DNA from: Candidatus Omnitrophota bacterium
Lineage (GTDB): Bacteria > Omnitrophota > Gorgyraeia > Gygaellales > Profunditerraquicolaceae
Direction: 5' to 3'
DNA: 64,000 bases
Assembly: GCA_050012075.1 (NCBI GenBank)
Contig: JBEKHW010000003.1
Location: 14,690-78,689 of the forward strand
In this document: piece after piece, positions 46,541 to 54,370 of the stretch
Numbering within the stretch: the stretch's first letter is position 1
How the letters are laid out: every line of letters starts with the position of its first letter
Program-made: the position numbers and the translations under genes
Notes under the pieces: generated by a model
Seen by the model: the letters and a program-made list of their open reading frames with translations, nothing else
The model's database searches: none
Told to the model about the DNA's origin: nothing

Positions 46541-48709
46541 CTAACTCTCCTTCTTCGGCAGGGATACCGTAAAGACCGAGCCCCTTCCTTCTTCTGAATG
46601 AACGGTAATCGTCCCTTTATGCTTATTTATTATTGTTTGACAAATAGACAGCCCTAACCCGGTTCCTTTTCCCACTTCTTTTGTGGTAAAGAAAGGGTCG
46701 AATATTTTCGGCATTGTCGCTTTCGGTATGCCCATTCCTTCATCTTTAACCGACATATGGATCCACTTGCCGTTTTTTGAAAGCGATATGCAGACCTCTC
46801 CGGTTTTTTTAACTGCCCTGATCGCGTCGCGGGCGTTTAAAACCATATTTGTAAGCACCTGTTCCAGTTCATGTTGATTGCCGTTGACCAGATAATCGTC
46901 TTTTTTGGCGTCGATAATTATGCCGACGTTTTCCTGGTGGAGTTGATAGCCCAGGAACGCTTCCGCATCCTTGATTACATCCAGCAGGTTTACTTCTGAA
47001 AAAGGAGTGTCTTCAAGGGGTTTCTTGGCATAAGCCATGAGTTTCTGGACGATGGTGCGGCAACGCTTGGTGGCTTCTTCGATAAGCCCCAGAGATTCTT
47101 TTGAATCCGCGTCCAGGTTAGTCCTTTCGTCGATAAGCATCTGGACGTTAGTGAGAATCGCAGTCAGAGGGTTATTGATTTCATGCGCGACTCCTCCTGC
47201 CAGGGTACCTACGGTAGCAAGTTTCTCCGCATGGGTGAGTTGTTTTTGCACGTCAACTAATTCTTTAGTACGTTGCCTTACCTGCTCTTCTATATTTTCA
47301 TAAAGAAGTGAATTTGAGATGGCAATCGTCGCCTGGTTTTTCAGTGTCCTTAAGAAATGCAGTTCTGCCGCGTCGTAACGTTTAAGGTTTGATTTCCTCG
47401 CCAGGTTTATTACGCCAAGAAGTTTCTCGTTAAGGATAACAGGTATGATTACGACAGCTCCTGTAAGGTTGAAATATTCTCTTGCCCTGTCTTTTATGGA
47501 TGAATAAATTGGGTCTATCTCGATAAAATCGCGATGTAGTATCTTATCTCTTTTTGCAAGCCATGACAGGAATTCACTTTCCGTGCTCATTCGCGTGATT
47601 TTACTTTGGTTTGTGCTGGCATTAGCCAATATGTACTCTTTCCTCTGTTCGTTATAAATCAGTATATCTATATGTTGAGGGTAAAGCGTATCGTAAATAG
47701 TAGATTCAATGCGTTGGATGAGCTGGTTTAGGCCTTTCAGGTGCACGAGGTCTTCGGTAAACTTACGCGCGATTTCATCAAGGTCAGCCTGCCTCCTCTG
47801 GAAAAAATGGTCGATCTTTGGTTGTATTTCGCGTAAATACAGCGCCAATATCAGGAAGCCGGCAAGCCAGAATAACGTCTCAAGTAGAGACGAACCTTGT
47901 ATATACGGATAGGCCCATCGGTAGATAAGAAAAAGCGGTATTATTGCCAGGGAGAATGTAAGCAGCCACATCGTGGTTTTATGGATAACCGTCTCTATAT
48001 CAAAGGTCCGGTATTTGACGATGGAATAGGCAACTATCAGGATATAAATAAGCATCGAGATATATCCGAATGGATATAAAGGGTAATGTAAGAATTTCGG
48101 TACGAAGTCAAGGGATGCGGTAAATGCGATGAGCGTGGCTATGGTTACCACCTGCATCTGCCTTTTTTTTGCCGGAAGAGTTTCTTTTCTGTAGGAAAGA
48201 TAGAGCTTCCCGAAGCCCGCAAAGAACTGGAAGGCGAAAAACCCCAGGAATAATATCGTCTCCGGACGGTAAACAGGGTAATATCCCCAGAAATATCTTG
48301 TCGCGGTATAGGGCAGAATGAATTTATCCGTGGTCACGGCCAGAAAATAAAACAGGAAAGATATGCCGTAATTTAAGAGGACTAGCGCCTTCTTCTCTTC
48401 AAATTCCTGCGACCAGGCAACCGCGAACAGGTAGACACTGGGCATTATATTCACTACACCGAAGAAGGTAAAATAACGGTACCAGAAAAGAGCGGTTTCC
48501 GGAGCACGGCTTGAATAGACCACGGAACTCATAAGAAGCCAGAAGGTGACGCTAAAACACTGCAGGAAGAAAGCTATGTTTATGATTGATTTTCTGTTTT
48601 GGGCCAGGACAAAAAGGCCGATAAAAATAATGACCGCGCTTACTGAAAATACCGCAAGCGCGTAAGGGTTGAAATAGTAGCTTGAGATCTGAAGAAGAGG
48701 GTTATGCAT
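46541..48709 (-). CDS. Sensor histidine kinase (multi-TM sensor, GAF, HisKA, HATPase_c), a paralog of the 34392-36575 kinase
   Basis: H-box HAEKLATVGTLAGGVAHEINNPL and G-box GTGLGLSI. Confidence 0.8.
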   Translation of the reverse strand: MHNPLLQISSYYFNPYALAVFSVSAVIIFIGLFVLAQNRKSIINIAFFLQCFSVTFWLLMSSVVYSSRAPETALFWYRYFTFFGVVNIMPSVYLFAVAWSQEFEEKKALVLLNYGISFLFYFLAVTTDKFILPYTATRYFWGYYPVYRPETILFLGFFAFQFFAGFGKLYLSYRKETLPAKKRQMQVVTIATLIAFTASLDFVPKFLHYPLYPFGYISMLIYILIVAYSIVKYRTFDIETVIHKTTMWLLTFSLAIIPLFLIYRWAYPYIQGSSLLETLFWLAGFLILALYLREIQPKIDHFFQRRQADLDEIARKFTEDLVHLKGLNQLIQRIESTIYDTLYPQHIDILIYNEQRKEYILANASTNQSKITRMSTESEFLSWLAKRDKILHRDFIEIDPIYSSIKDRAREYFNLTGAVVIIPVILNEKLLGVINLARKSNLKRYDAAELHFLRTLKNQATIAISNSLLYENIEEQVRQRTKELVDVQKQLTHAEKLATVGTLAGGVAHEINNPLTAILTNVQMLIDERTNLDADSKESLGLIEEATKRCRTIVQKLMAYAKKPLEDTPFSEVNLLDVIKDAEAFLGYQLHQENVGIIIDAKKDDYLVNGNQHELEQVLTNMVLNARDAIRAVKKTGEVCISLSKNGKWIHMSVKDEGMGIPKATMPKIFDPFFTTKEVGKGTGLGLSICQTIINKHKGTITVHSEEGRGSVFTVSLPKKES

Positions 48710-50273
48710 TAACGGCTTCCTTTATACTTTCTACCATCGCAGTATCTATCTGTTTATGCCCCCAGTAGAAATCCGCGAGGACAAAACCGTGTTTTTCTCC
48801 GAGCGACTTTATCTCCTGCATCTTTTCAGGGGTGATATTTCCCCTTCCGAAGCTGAAGTTTTCATAACGTTTTTCAAGGGCAAGTATTATTGATTCGGAA
48901 AAACATCCGTAAAGGGCGTTGGTAGCGGGAAGGCCCACGTCAATGGGAAAAAGAATCGACGTAGGAGGTTTGCTTAATCCTCCGGAAAAAATGAAAATAT
49001 CCTTTCTGTCCGTCGGGGTGTAAGAGATATTTTTCGGGTATCCTACGTCGCAGATTATTGAGCCGGACTTAAACCAATCAACTTTCAGTATTGAAGAAGT
49101 GGCGCTTGCCGCTGAAATCACAATATCCGCATCCCTTACAGCTGCTTGGTTGTCGGTAGTCGCCACAATTTTAGCTTTTCTATGGCGGGAAAGCTCTTTG
49201 TTCATACGTGTAAGGTTAATCTTGGTCCTGCCGGTTATGGTAAGCTGCCTTACTTTATCCGTAAGGACCCTGGCGCAGGCGCTTCCGATATCGCCGGTCC
49301 CGCCTACTACAGCTATTTTTAATCCGGAGATATCTTTCCCCATGAGTTTAGTTGCTTTTAGCACCCCTTCTACTGCCATGGCCGCGGTAAAACTATTTCC
49401 TGTCGTCACCGCGACATCCACCTGTTCAGCTATCTCCTGGCCCACTCTTTCTGCCACAATAGAAGTGAATCCACCAAGGGTAACTATCCCCACGCCTTTT
49501 TTCTCCGCGAGCTTACAGGCCTTGACTACTTTGGAGAATACGACCCAGATATCTTTTTCTATCATATCTGGGATGAAGGTAGCGATTATAAACGTCCCGT
49601 TAACAGAATCTCCGGTTTTAGATTTGAAATCCAGGATGTCGTAAAGTTTAAATGACGGCGTAAGGTGGAAAAGTTGCCCGAGGAATTCTCGGGAAGGAAG
49701 TTTTATCCCAGGATTCAACACATGGAAACAGCTTTCCAGGTGATGATAATTATAAAGATGGCCGATAATTCCGAAACCGGCGATTTTTTCCGTATTCCCT
49801 TTCCTGTAACTTATGTATTTCAGTGATATGAGTTTTCTTTCTATCGCCTCAAGGATCGCTTCAAAACTCAAAACGATAAGTTTCCTTATATAATTATCGG
49901 CGAAATCCTTTATCGCTGGCACCCCGACCCTAAGGTGCACTATCACCGATACTTCTGTGCCTTCCGGATGCGGGCTAAAGCGCCATTCCCCGCTAAATTC
50001 TTCCAGGTCACCTTCTTTTAAGCGGAAAGAAATCTTATTTTGATTCAATTCCAGAGTATCCTCTTCTACCCAACTTATCGGCACTTTGTCTACCTGGATG
50101 CGCCACTTAGTAACCATTTTATTCCCGCTCTTGTTAAGTACCGTTGCCTCTCTAACAGAGGGTATAAAGGAAGGAAATTCCCAGACCCGGGTTAAGATAC
50201 GTATTACGCGCCATTTCTCGGCGGGTATTACGCGCGAAACTCTTATCTCTAGTAATTCGTTATCCGGCATCAA
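48702..50273 (-). CDS. SRPBCC (START/Bet v1-like) domain fused to a long-chain acyl-[ACP] reductase (cyanobacterial AAR, COG5322) homolog
   Basis: The C-terminal roughly 370 aa match the AAR block pattern: FGIIGHLYNYHHLE, TLGGFTSIV, TTGNSFTAAMAV, a Rossmann motif IAVVGGTGDIGSA, GYPKN, and FSFGRGNITPEKMQEI...HGF. The N-terminal roughly 145 aa is SRPBCC-like. Confidence 0.7.
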   Translation of the reverse strand: MMPDNELLEIRVSRVIPAEKWRVIRILTRVWEFPSFIPSVREATVLNKSGNKMVTKWRIQVDKVPISWVEEDTLELNQNKISFRLKEGDLEEFSGEWRFSPHPEGTEVSVIVHLRVGVPAIKDFADNYIRKLIVLSFEAILEAIERKLISLKYISYRKGNTEKIAGFGIIGHLYNYHHLESCFHVLNPGIKLPSREFLGQLFHLTPSFKLYDILDFKSKTGDSVNGTFIIATFIPDMIEKDIWVVFSKVVKACKLAEKKGVGIVTLGGFTSIVAERVGQEIAEQVDVAVTTGNSFTAAMAVEGVLKATKLMGKDISGLKIAVVGGTGDIGSACARVLTDKVRQLTITGRTKINLTRMNKELSRHRKAKIVATTDNQAAVRDADIVISAASATSSILKVDWFKSGSIICDVGYPKNISYTPTDRKDIFIFSGGLSKPPTSILFPIDVGLPATNALYGCFSESIILALEKRYENFSFGRGNITPEKMQEIKSLGEKHGFVLADFYWGHKQIDTAMVESIKEAVNA

Positions 50274-50853
50274 GCATTCCTTTTATTGCGTTCCTGACTT
50301 TAAACATGCCTTCCTGCAAATATATATCTTCAATGATGTCTTCCATTTCTTTAAGCATGTATATAGGCCTACCTACCTTTACCTTCAAGGGGAAAAGTTT
50401 CGGTAATTTTGCCGTTATGGGATAAGCCTCGAAAGTCCCTAAGATTGCCGCGGGCACAATGGGCCTGCCTGTTTTTATGGCTAAAAGCGCTGCCCCCCTC
50501 CTGAATTCCAGAAGTTTTCCTTCGTGGCTTACTCCGCCTTCAGGAAAGATACCGACGTTGCGGTTTTTAAGCAGTAATTCCAGGGCTTTATTAGAAGCGC
50601 TCCCCCCGGGAAGAGCCTCGCTTACATGCAAAAACCATTTTAGCAAGGGTATCCCGTAAAGCATCCTCATGGCTATGCAATGCACTTTTACGGGAAGCGC
50701 CACCATCATTACTAAAGGGTCCAGATAACTATTGTGGTTTGCCACGATGATAAAGTTACTTTTCTTAGGTAAATTTTCCAGCCCTTCAACCTTTAGCCTG
50801 AAAAATAATTTGAAAATAGGGGTAAAAAATGTTTTAAATATCCAGTACCACAT
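50260..50853 (-). CDS. PlsC-family acyltransferase (1-acyl-sn-glycerol-3-phosphate acyltransferase-like)
   Basis: NHNSYLDP (HX4D variant) and FPEGG motifs. The start is taken at the internal Met MWYWIFK. Confidence 0.7.
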   Translation of the reverse strand: MWYWIFKTFFTPIFKLFFRLKVEGLENLPKKSNFIIVANHNSYLDPLVMMVALPVKVHCIAMRMLYGIPLLKWFLHVSEALPGGSASNKALELLLKNRNVGIFPEGGVSHEGKLLEFRRGAALLAIKTGRPIVPAAILGTFEAYPITAKLPKLFPLKVKVGRPIYMLKEMEDIIEDIYLQEGMFKVRNAIKGMLDAG

Positions 50854-50857
50854 GTTT

Positions 50858-51769
50858 TTATAACAACGGCGCCTCAGGCACCCAGATTTCAAAGCCATGC
50901 CGTGCCGCGATATCAGCTATCTCCTCAAGGTTGTCCGGGTTTATAGCGTTGCCTAAATAATTCAGGAAAAACTTTTTTGCCAGGGTTAAAAGTATTGTTT
51001 CTGCAAGCTGAGTCCGGATAACAGCCCGCGGAAGGCGAGTCCTTATTTTTGAATCTAACGGATAAGGCAATTTTACCAATCCGCTCCTGATGCGGGCTAT
51101 GTCGTTACGGATTCCTTCGCGGGGTATCCCGTTACCAGAAAATAGTTCACAAAGGATTGCCCCGGGTTTCATCTTATCTATAATGTCGGCTGTTTTATCA
51201 AGGCATGCCGCAAGGTTTACGGCAATGTCCGCTTCGTTAATCGATTCGGCGGGCCTACCCGCGTAATTTGATAATTTTTTTTCACAGAGTCTACCCAGGA
51301 CACTTTCCCTTCCATTGATATAAAAAGACAGGTTTTTAATCTCCTTATCTTTTATCCTGACATAGCGGTAAAGCGCCTCAAGGACCGACCAGGCAGTGAA
51401 TGCGTTTCCGTCGGTAACGGTTACTTTTATTTTTTTGCTTATTTTATCGTGTATTTTTTCGGCAACGCAAGAGAGATGCTCATCCAGGCCTATCACTGCC
51501 ACTCCCAGCTTTTCGCAAAAAATAAGCGTATCTATAAGCAGGTTTTGTGAGTCCGTATCTGTGGCGCAAAGTCGTGGGCATAATACAATGTAGCCGGTTA
51601 TTTCTTCTCCTTGAAGTGATTTTATACCTTTAATATACCCTACCTTTATGGGCTTGTTTCTCTTTAGTATTGTTTTTATGATAAAAGACGGCAATAACCG
51701 CACAGAAGGCCAGATATCCTTTATATTCTCTATAGTCCCAGGGCTAACTATATAGGCAAAAGTGTCCAT
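50858..51769 (-). CDS. AAR/COG5322-like paralog lacking the NAD(P)-binding glycine motif
   Basis: It shares blocks with the neighbouring AAR homolog (VTVTDGNAFTAWSVLEAL, and a C-terminal ...PDNLEEIADIAARHGF), but the GxGxxG position reads FYINGRESVLGRL. Confidence 0.5.
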   Translation of the reverse strand: MDTFAYIVSPGTIENIKDIWPSVRLLPSFIIKTILKRNKPIKVGYIKGIKSLQGEEITGYIVLCPRLCATDTDSQNLLIDTLIFCEKLGVAVIGLDEHLSCVAEKIHDKISKKIKVTVTDGNAFTAWSVLEALYRYVRIKDKEIKNLSFYINGRESVLGRLCEKKLSNYAGRPAESINEADIAVNLAACLDKTADIIDKMKPGAILCELFSGNGIPREGIRNDIARIRSGLVKLPYPLDSKIRTRLPRAVIRTQLAETILLTLAKKFFLNYLGNAINPDNLEEIADIAARHGFEIWVPEAPLL

Positions 51770-51784
51770 ATTCGTTTCCTGTCG

Positions 51785-52000
51785 TTAGGCGCTCTCAATA
51801 AGCGATTTCCGTCTTTCTTTTGGCTGGAGGACGTAACTGGATTTTTCTTTAATCCATCTCTCGATATATTTCTTATGGAATCGCCAGTCAGTGCCGATTT
51901 TGAACGCCGGGATTTTTCCCTCCCTGGCATACTTGTGCACTGTGAGAGGATGAATCTTCAGATATTCCGCAACCTCTTTTGCAGTCAGAATTTCTTTCAT
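51785..52000 (-). CDS. Excisionase-family (MerR-superfamily) HTH DNA-binding protein
   Basis: 71 aa with LTAKEVAEYLKIHPLTVHKYAREGKIPAFKIG, the TIGR01764-type HTH. Confidence 0.65.
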   Translation of the reverse strand: MKEILTAKEVAEYLKIHPLTVHKYAREGKIPAFKIGTDWRFHKKYIERWIKEKSSYVLQPKERRKSLIESA

Positions 52001-52036
52001 ATCTCACCTCATTTAGGTATATTTACGATAATCATA

Positions 52037-52065
52037 TGTATACTAGGTAAGCTTCATGTTGTCAA
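52037..52065 (-). promoter_or_regulatory. Strong sigma70-like promoter for the HTH gene and the downstream lipid operon
   Basis: On the minus strand: TTGACA, a 17 nt spacer, then TATACA, and a GAGGTGAG RBS before the ATG. Confidence 0.45.
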
Positions 52066-52084
52066 GATGTATTTTGGATAACCA

Positions 52085-52116
52085 ATAAAAAAGGCGTGCT
52101 TCTATGCACGCCAAAA
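52085..52116 (-). terminator. Rho-independent terminator after the lipoyl-domain gene
   Basis: GGCGTGC-TTCTAT-GCACGCC hairpin, followed on the minus strand by UUUUUUAUU. Confidence 0.55.
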
Positions 52117-52144
52117 GAAATTATTACCCTTCTAAATCCTATTG

Positions 52145-52387
52145 CTACTTCTCTTCCTCTTCCACTATCCCTAACACAGCGCCTACAGTTACGGTGTCTC
52201 CTTCGTGAAAGACAATTTCTCTGAGTATACCGTCACAGGGGCTGGTGACATTGAAAGTTGCCTTGTCTGTGGTGATTTCAACCACGTCTTCTTTCTCGTT
52301 GACGCTATCACCTTCCGTACGCATCCAGTAGGAAACCGTTGCTTTCTCAATACCTTCGCCTAATTCTGGTAAAATAATCTTTGTCAT
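52145..52387 (-). CDS. Stand-alone biotin/lipoyl attachment domain protein
   Basis: MTKIILPELGEGIEKATV...ITTDKATFNVTSP, a lipoyl-lysine motif. The start is taken at the internal Met. Confidence 0.7.
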   Translation of the reverse strand: MTKIILPELGEGIEKATVSYWMRTEGDSVNEKEDVVEITTDKATFNVTSPCDGILREIVFHEGDTVTVGAVLGIVEEEEK

Positions 52388-52401
52388 CTTTTGCCTACCT
52401 T

Positions 52402-53082
52402 TCAATAGACAGCAGGACAAGGATGGTTTTCAGCGTAAAATACAGCTGTCCCTAGTTTATAAACCGCTTTGATTTCAGAAATCAGGGATTTCTTGACATC
52501 ATCTATATCTATTTTTCTGCGCAAAATATCTTCCAGGGATGTCATTTCTATATCCATTCCGCATGGCCGTATCAGGCGAAAATTCCCAAGGTCGTCACTT
52601 GTGACGTTTATGCTCATCCCGTGAAAAGTAACCCAGTTTTTAACGGCGATACCGATGGATGCGAGTTTACGGTTTCTAAACCATACGCCGGTTAATCCGG
52701 CTTTTCTTTCTGCTTCTACCCCAAAACTTGCGGCAACCTTTAATGCCACCTCTTCCAGTGACCTCAGGAACCAATGAAGGTCTTTCTTCAGGAACTCCAG
52801 GTTAAATACAGGATAAGCCGTAACCTGCCCCGGGCCATGATAGGTAAAATCGCCGCCTCTTTCTACTTTATAAACCCTTATCCCTTTCTCCCTGGCATTC
52901 TTTTCCGTGGCTAAAATATTTTTTATACCCGCACTTCTGCCCCAGGTAAATACCGGGTAATGCTGACAGATAACCAGGTTGAAAGGGAAAGGGGAATTAA
53001 CAGTTTCTAGCAAAAGCTTTTTCTGAAAATCCCATGATTCCTGGAAATGAGTTACCCCCAGGTCAAATATCCTTATCTCCAT
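52402..53082 (-). CDS. lipB: Lipoyl(octanoyl) transferase
   Basis: RGGDFTYHGPGQ and KLASIGIAV LipB motifs. The start is taken at MEIRIFDLG. Confidence 0.8.
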   Translation of the reverse strand: MEIRIFDLGVTHFQESWDFQKKLLLETVNSPFPFNLVICQHYPVFTWGRSAGIKNILATEKNAREKGIRVYKVERGGDFTYHGPGQVTAYPVFNLEFLKKDLHWFLRSLEEVALKVAASFGVEAERKAGLTGVWFRNRKLASIGIAVKNWVTFHGMSINVTSDDLGNFRLIRPCGMDIEMTSLEDILRRKIDIDDVKKSLISEIKAVYKLGTAVFYAENHPCPAVY

Positions 53083-54370
53083 AAGCTGCTTCCTGTATTG
53101 CCTCAGATAAAGTCGGATGGGCAAAAATAGTATTTTTAAGAGCGGTGATCCCTAATCCTGAAGAGATTGTTAGTGTCAGGATATTTATAAGTTCTGTTGC
53201 GGCCGGGCCGATGATAGAAGCCCCGAGAAGCTGAGCCGTGTTCTTATCCGCAATTATTTTTATAAAGCCCTCTGCCTCTTCTTTAATCCTTGCCATTCCG
53301 TTTCCCAGGAAATCAAACCTGTAAATTTTGGCGTCTATATTGTTTTTAGCAGCCGTATCTTGGTCCATACCGACAAATGCAATCTCCGGGTCAGTAAAAA
53401 TACAGTTAGGCACCGCGTTATTTTGGGCCTTCTGCGGCTTATCCGGGCAAGAGATGTTATACGCGGCTAGTATTCCCTGGTAGCGCGCAAAATGCGCAAG
53501 CATTATCCGGCTGCTACAATCACCGGCAGCATAAATACTCGATATATTCGTCCTTAAATAATCATCAACTATGATCCTGCCCTTCTCGGTCTTTATCCCC
53601 AGATCTTCCAGGCCCAGTCCCGAGGTATCAGGAATTCTACCTACGCAAACAAGTATCTTTGCATAATTATTGACACCAAACCCGGAGGCATCCGTATTTG
53701 TATGGACCAGTATATTTTTCTTCTTAAAGATTATCTCAAGCTTCTTAGCTACCTCTTTATCTAAGCCGGGAAGTAACTGCGGCATTTTTTCAACCAGGGT
53801 TACTTTTACTCCGAAAGCGGAAAATAGCCCTGCGAATTCGCAGCCGATAACTCCCCCGCCTATGATTAAGATTGAATCCGGCATTTCCTGTAAGTTTAGG
53901 ATGTCTGTACTAGAGAGTATTTTCTTCCCGTCAAATCTAAAAGATGGCAGCTCAAAAGGCCGTGAGCCGGTGGCAATAAGAATATTCTTTGTTTTTAAAA
54001 TTTTGCCGTCAACTTTTATCTCCTCCGGAGACAGTATCCCGGCTCCGGAGTTTATAAAATCCACGCCTTTAGAGATAAACTGCATACCTTGGCGTAACTG
54101 CGCGACTATTTTTTCTTTGCGTGCCTGGATTTTCTGGAAATCAAACCTATACTCTTTTGTTTCTATGCCAAAAATCTGGGATTTCTTGATTGAGGTGTAT
54201 ATTTTTGCGGACTGGATAAGTGTTTTAGTGGGGATACATCCGGTGTTCAGGCAGGTTCCGCCAAGGAGTGCCTTTTCTATCAGGCAGGCTTTTAGGCCCA
54301 GTTTTTTAGCTTTTAATGCTGCATTAAAACCTGCCCAACCTGACCCGATTACACAAAGGTCATAATCCAT
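53063..54370 (-). CDS. lpdA: Dihydrolipoyl dehydrogenase
   Basis: YDLCVIGSGWAGF FAD motif, a GGTCLNTGCIPTK redox disulfide, an NAD-binding domain and a dimerisation domain. Confidence 0.85.
   Translation of the reverse strand: MDYDLCVIGSGWAGFNAALKAKKLGLKACLIEKALLGGTCLNTGCIPTKTLIQSAKIYTSIKKSQIFGIETKEYRFDFQKIQARKEKIVAQLRQGMQFISKGVDFINSGAGILSPEEIKVDGKILKTKNILIATGSRPFELPSFRFDGKKILSSTDILNLQEMPDSILIIGGGVIGCEFAGLFSAFGVKVTLVEKMPQLLPGLDKEVAKKLEIIFKKKNILVHTNTDASGFGVNNYAKILVCVGRIPDTSGLGLEDLGIKTEKGRIIVDDYLRTNISSIYAAGDCSSRIMLAHFARYQGILAAYNISCPDKPQKAQNNAVPNCIFTDPEIAFVGMDQDTAAKNNIDAKIYRFDFLGNGMARIKEEAEGFIKIIADKNTAQLLGASIIGPAATELINILTLTISSGLGITALKNTIFAHPTLSEAIQEAAYGDKDI

Noticed and set aside
49099-49644. 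Plus-strand 181 aa ORF
   Set aside because: It is antisense within the AAR-homolog gene and is Ala/Val/Thr-rich, a mirror-frame artefact.
48702-51769. Cyanobacterial-type alkane pathway (AAR plus ADO)
   Set aside because: No ferritin-like di-iron ADO gene exists anywhere in the window, and the AAR homolog is embedded with KS/CLF/ACP genes, so a plain alkane locus is unlikely.
51748-51930. Minus-strand 60 aa ORF overlapping the Xis-like HTH gene
   Set aside because: It is an alternative frame of a gene with a clear HTH signature and a proper RBS and promoter, so it is out of frame.
51785-52000. Mobile element or prophage suggested by the excisionase-family gene
   Set aside because: No integrase, transposase, tRNA or direct repeats are visible nearby, so it is treated as a regulator instead.
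53670-54365. Plus-strand 231 aa ORF
   Set aside because: It is antisense within lpdA, which has unambiguous FAD/NAD and redox-disulfide motifs. It has no homology features.
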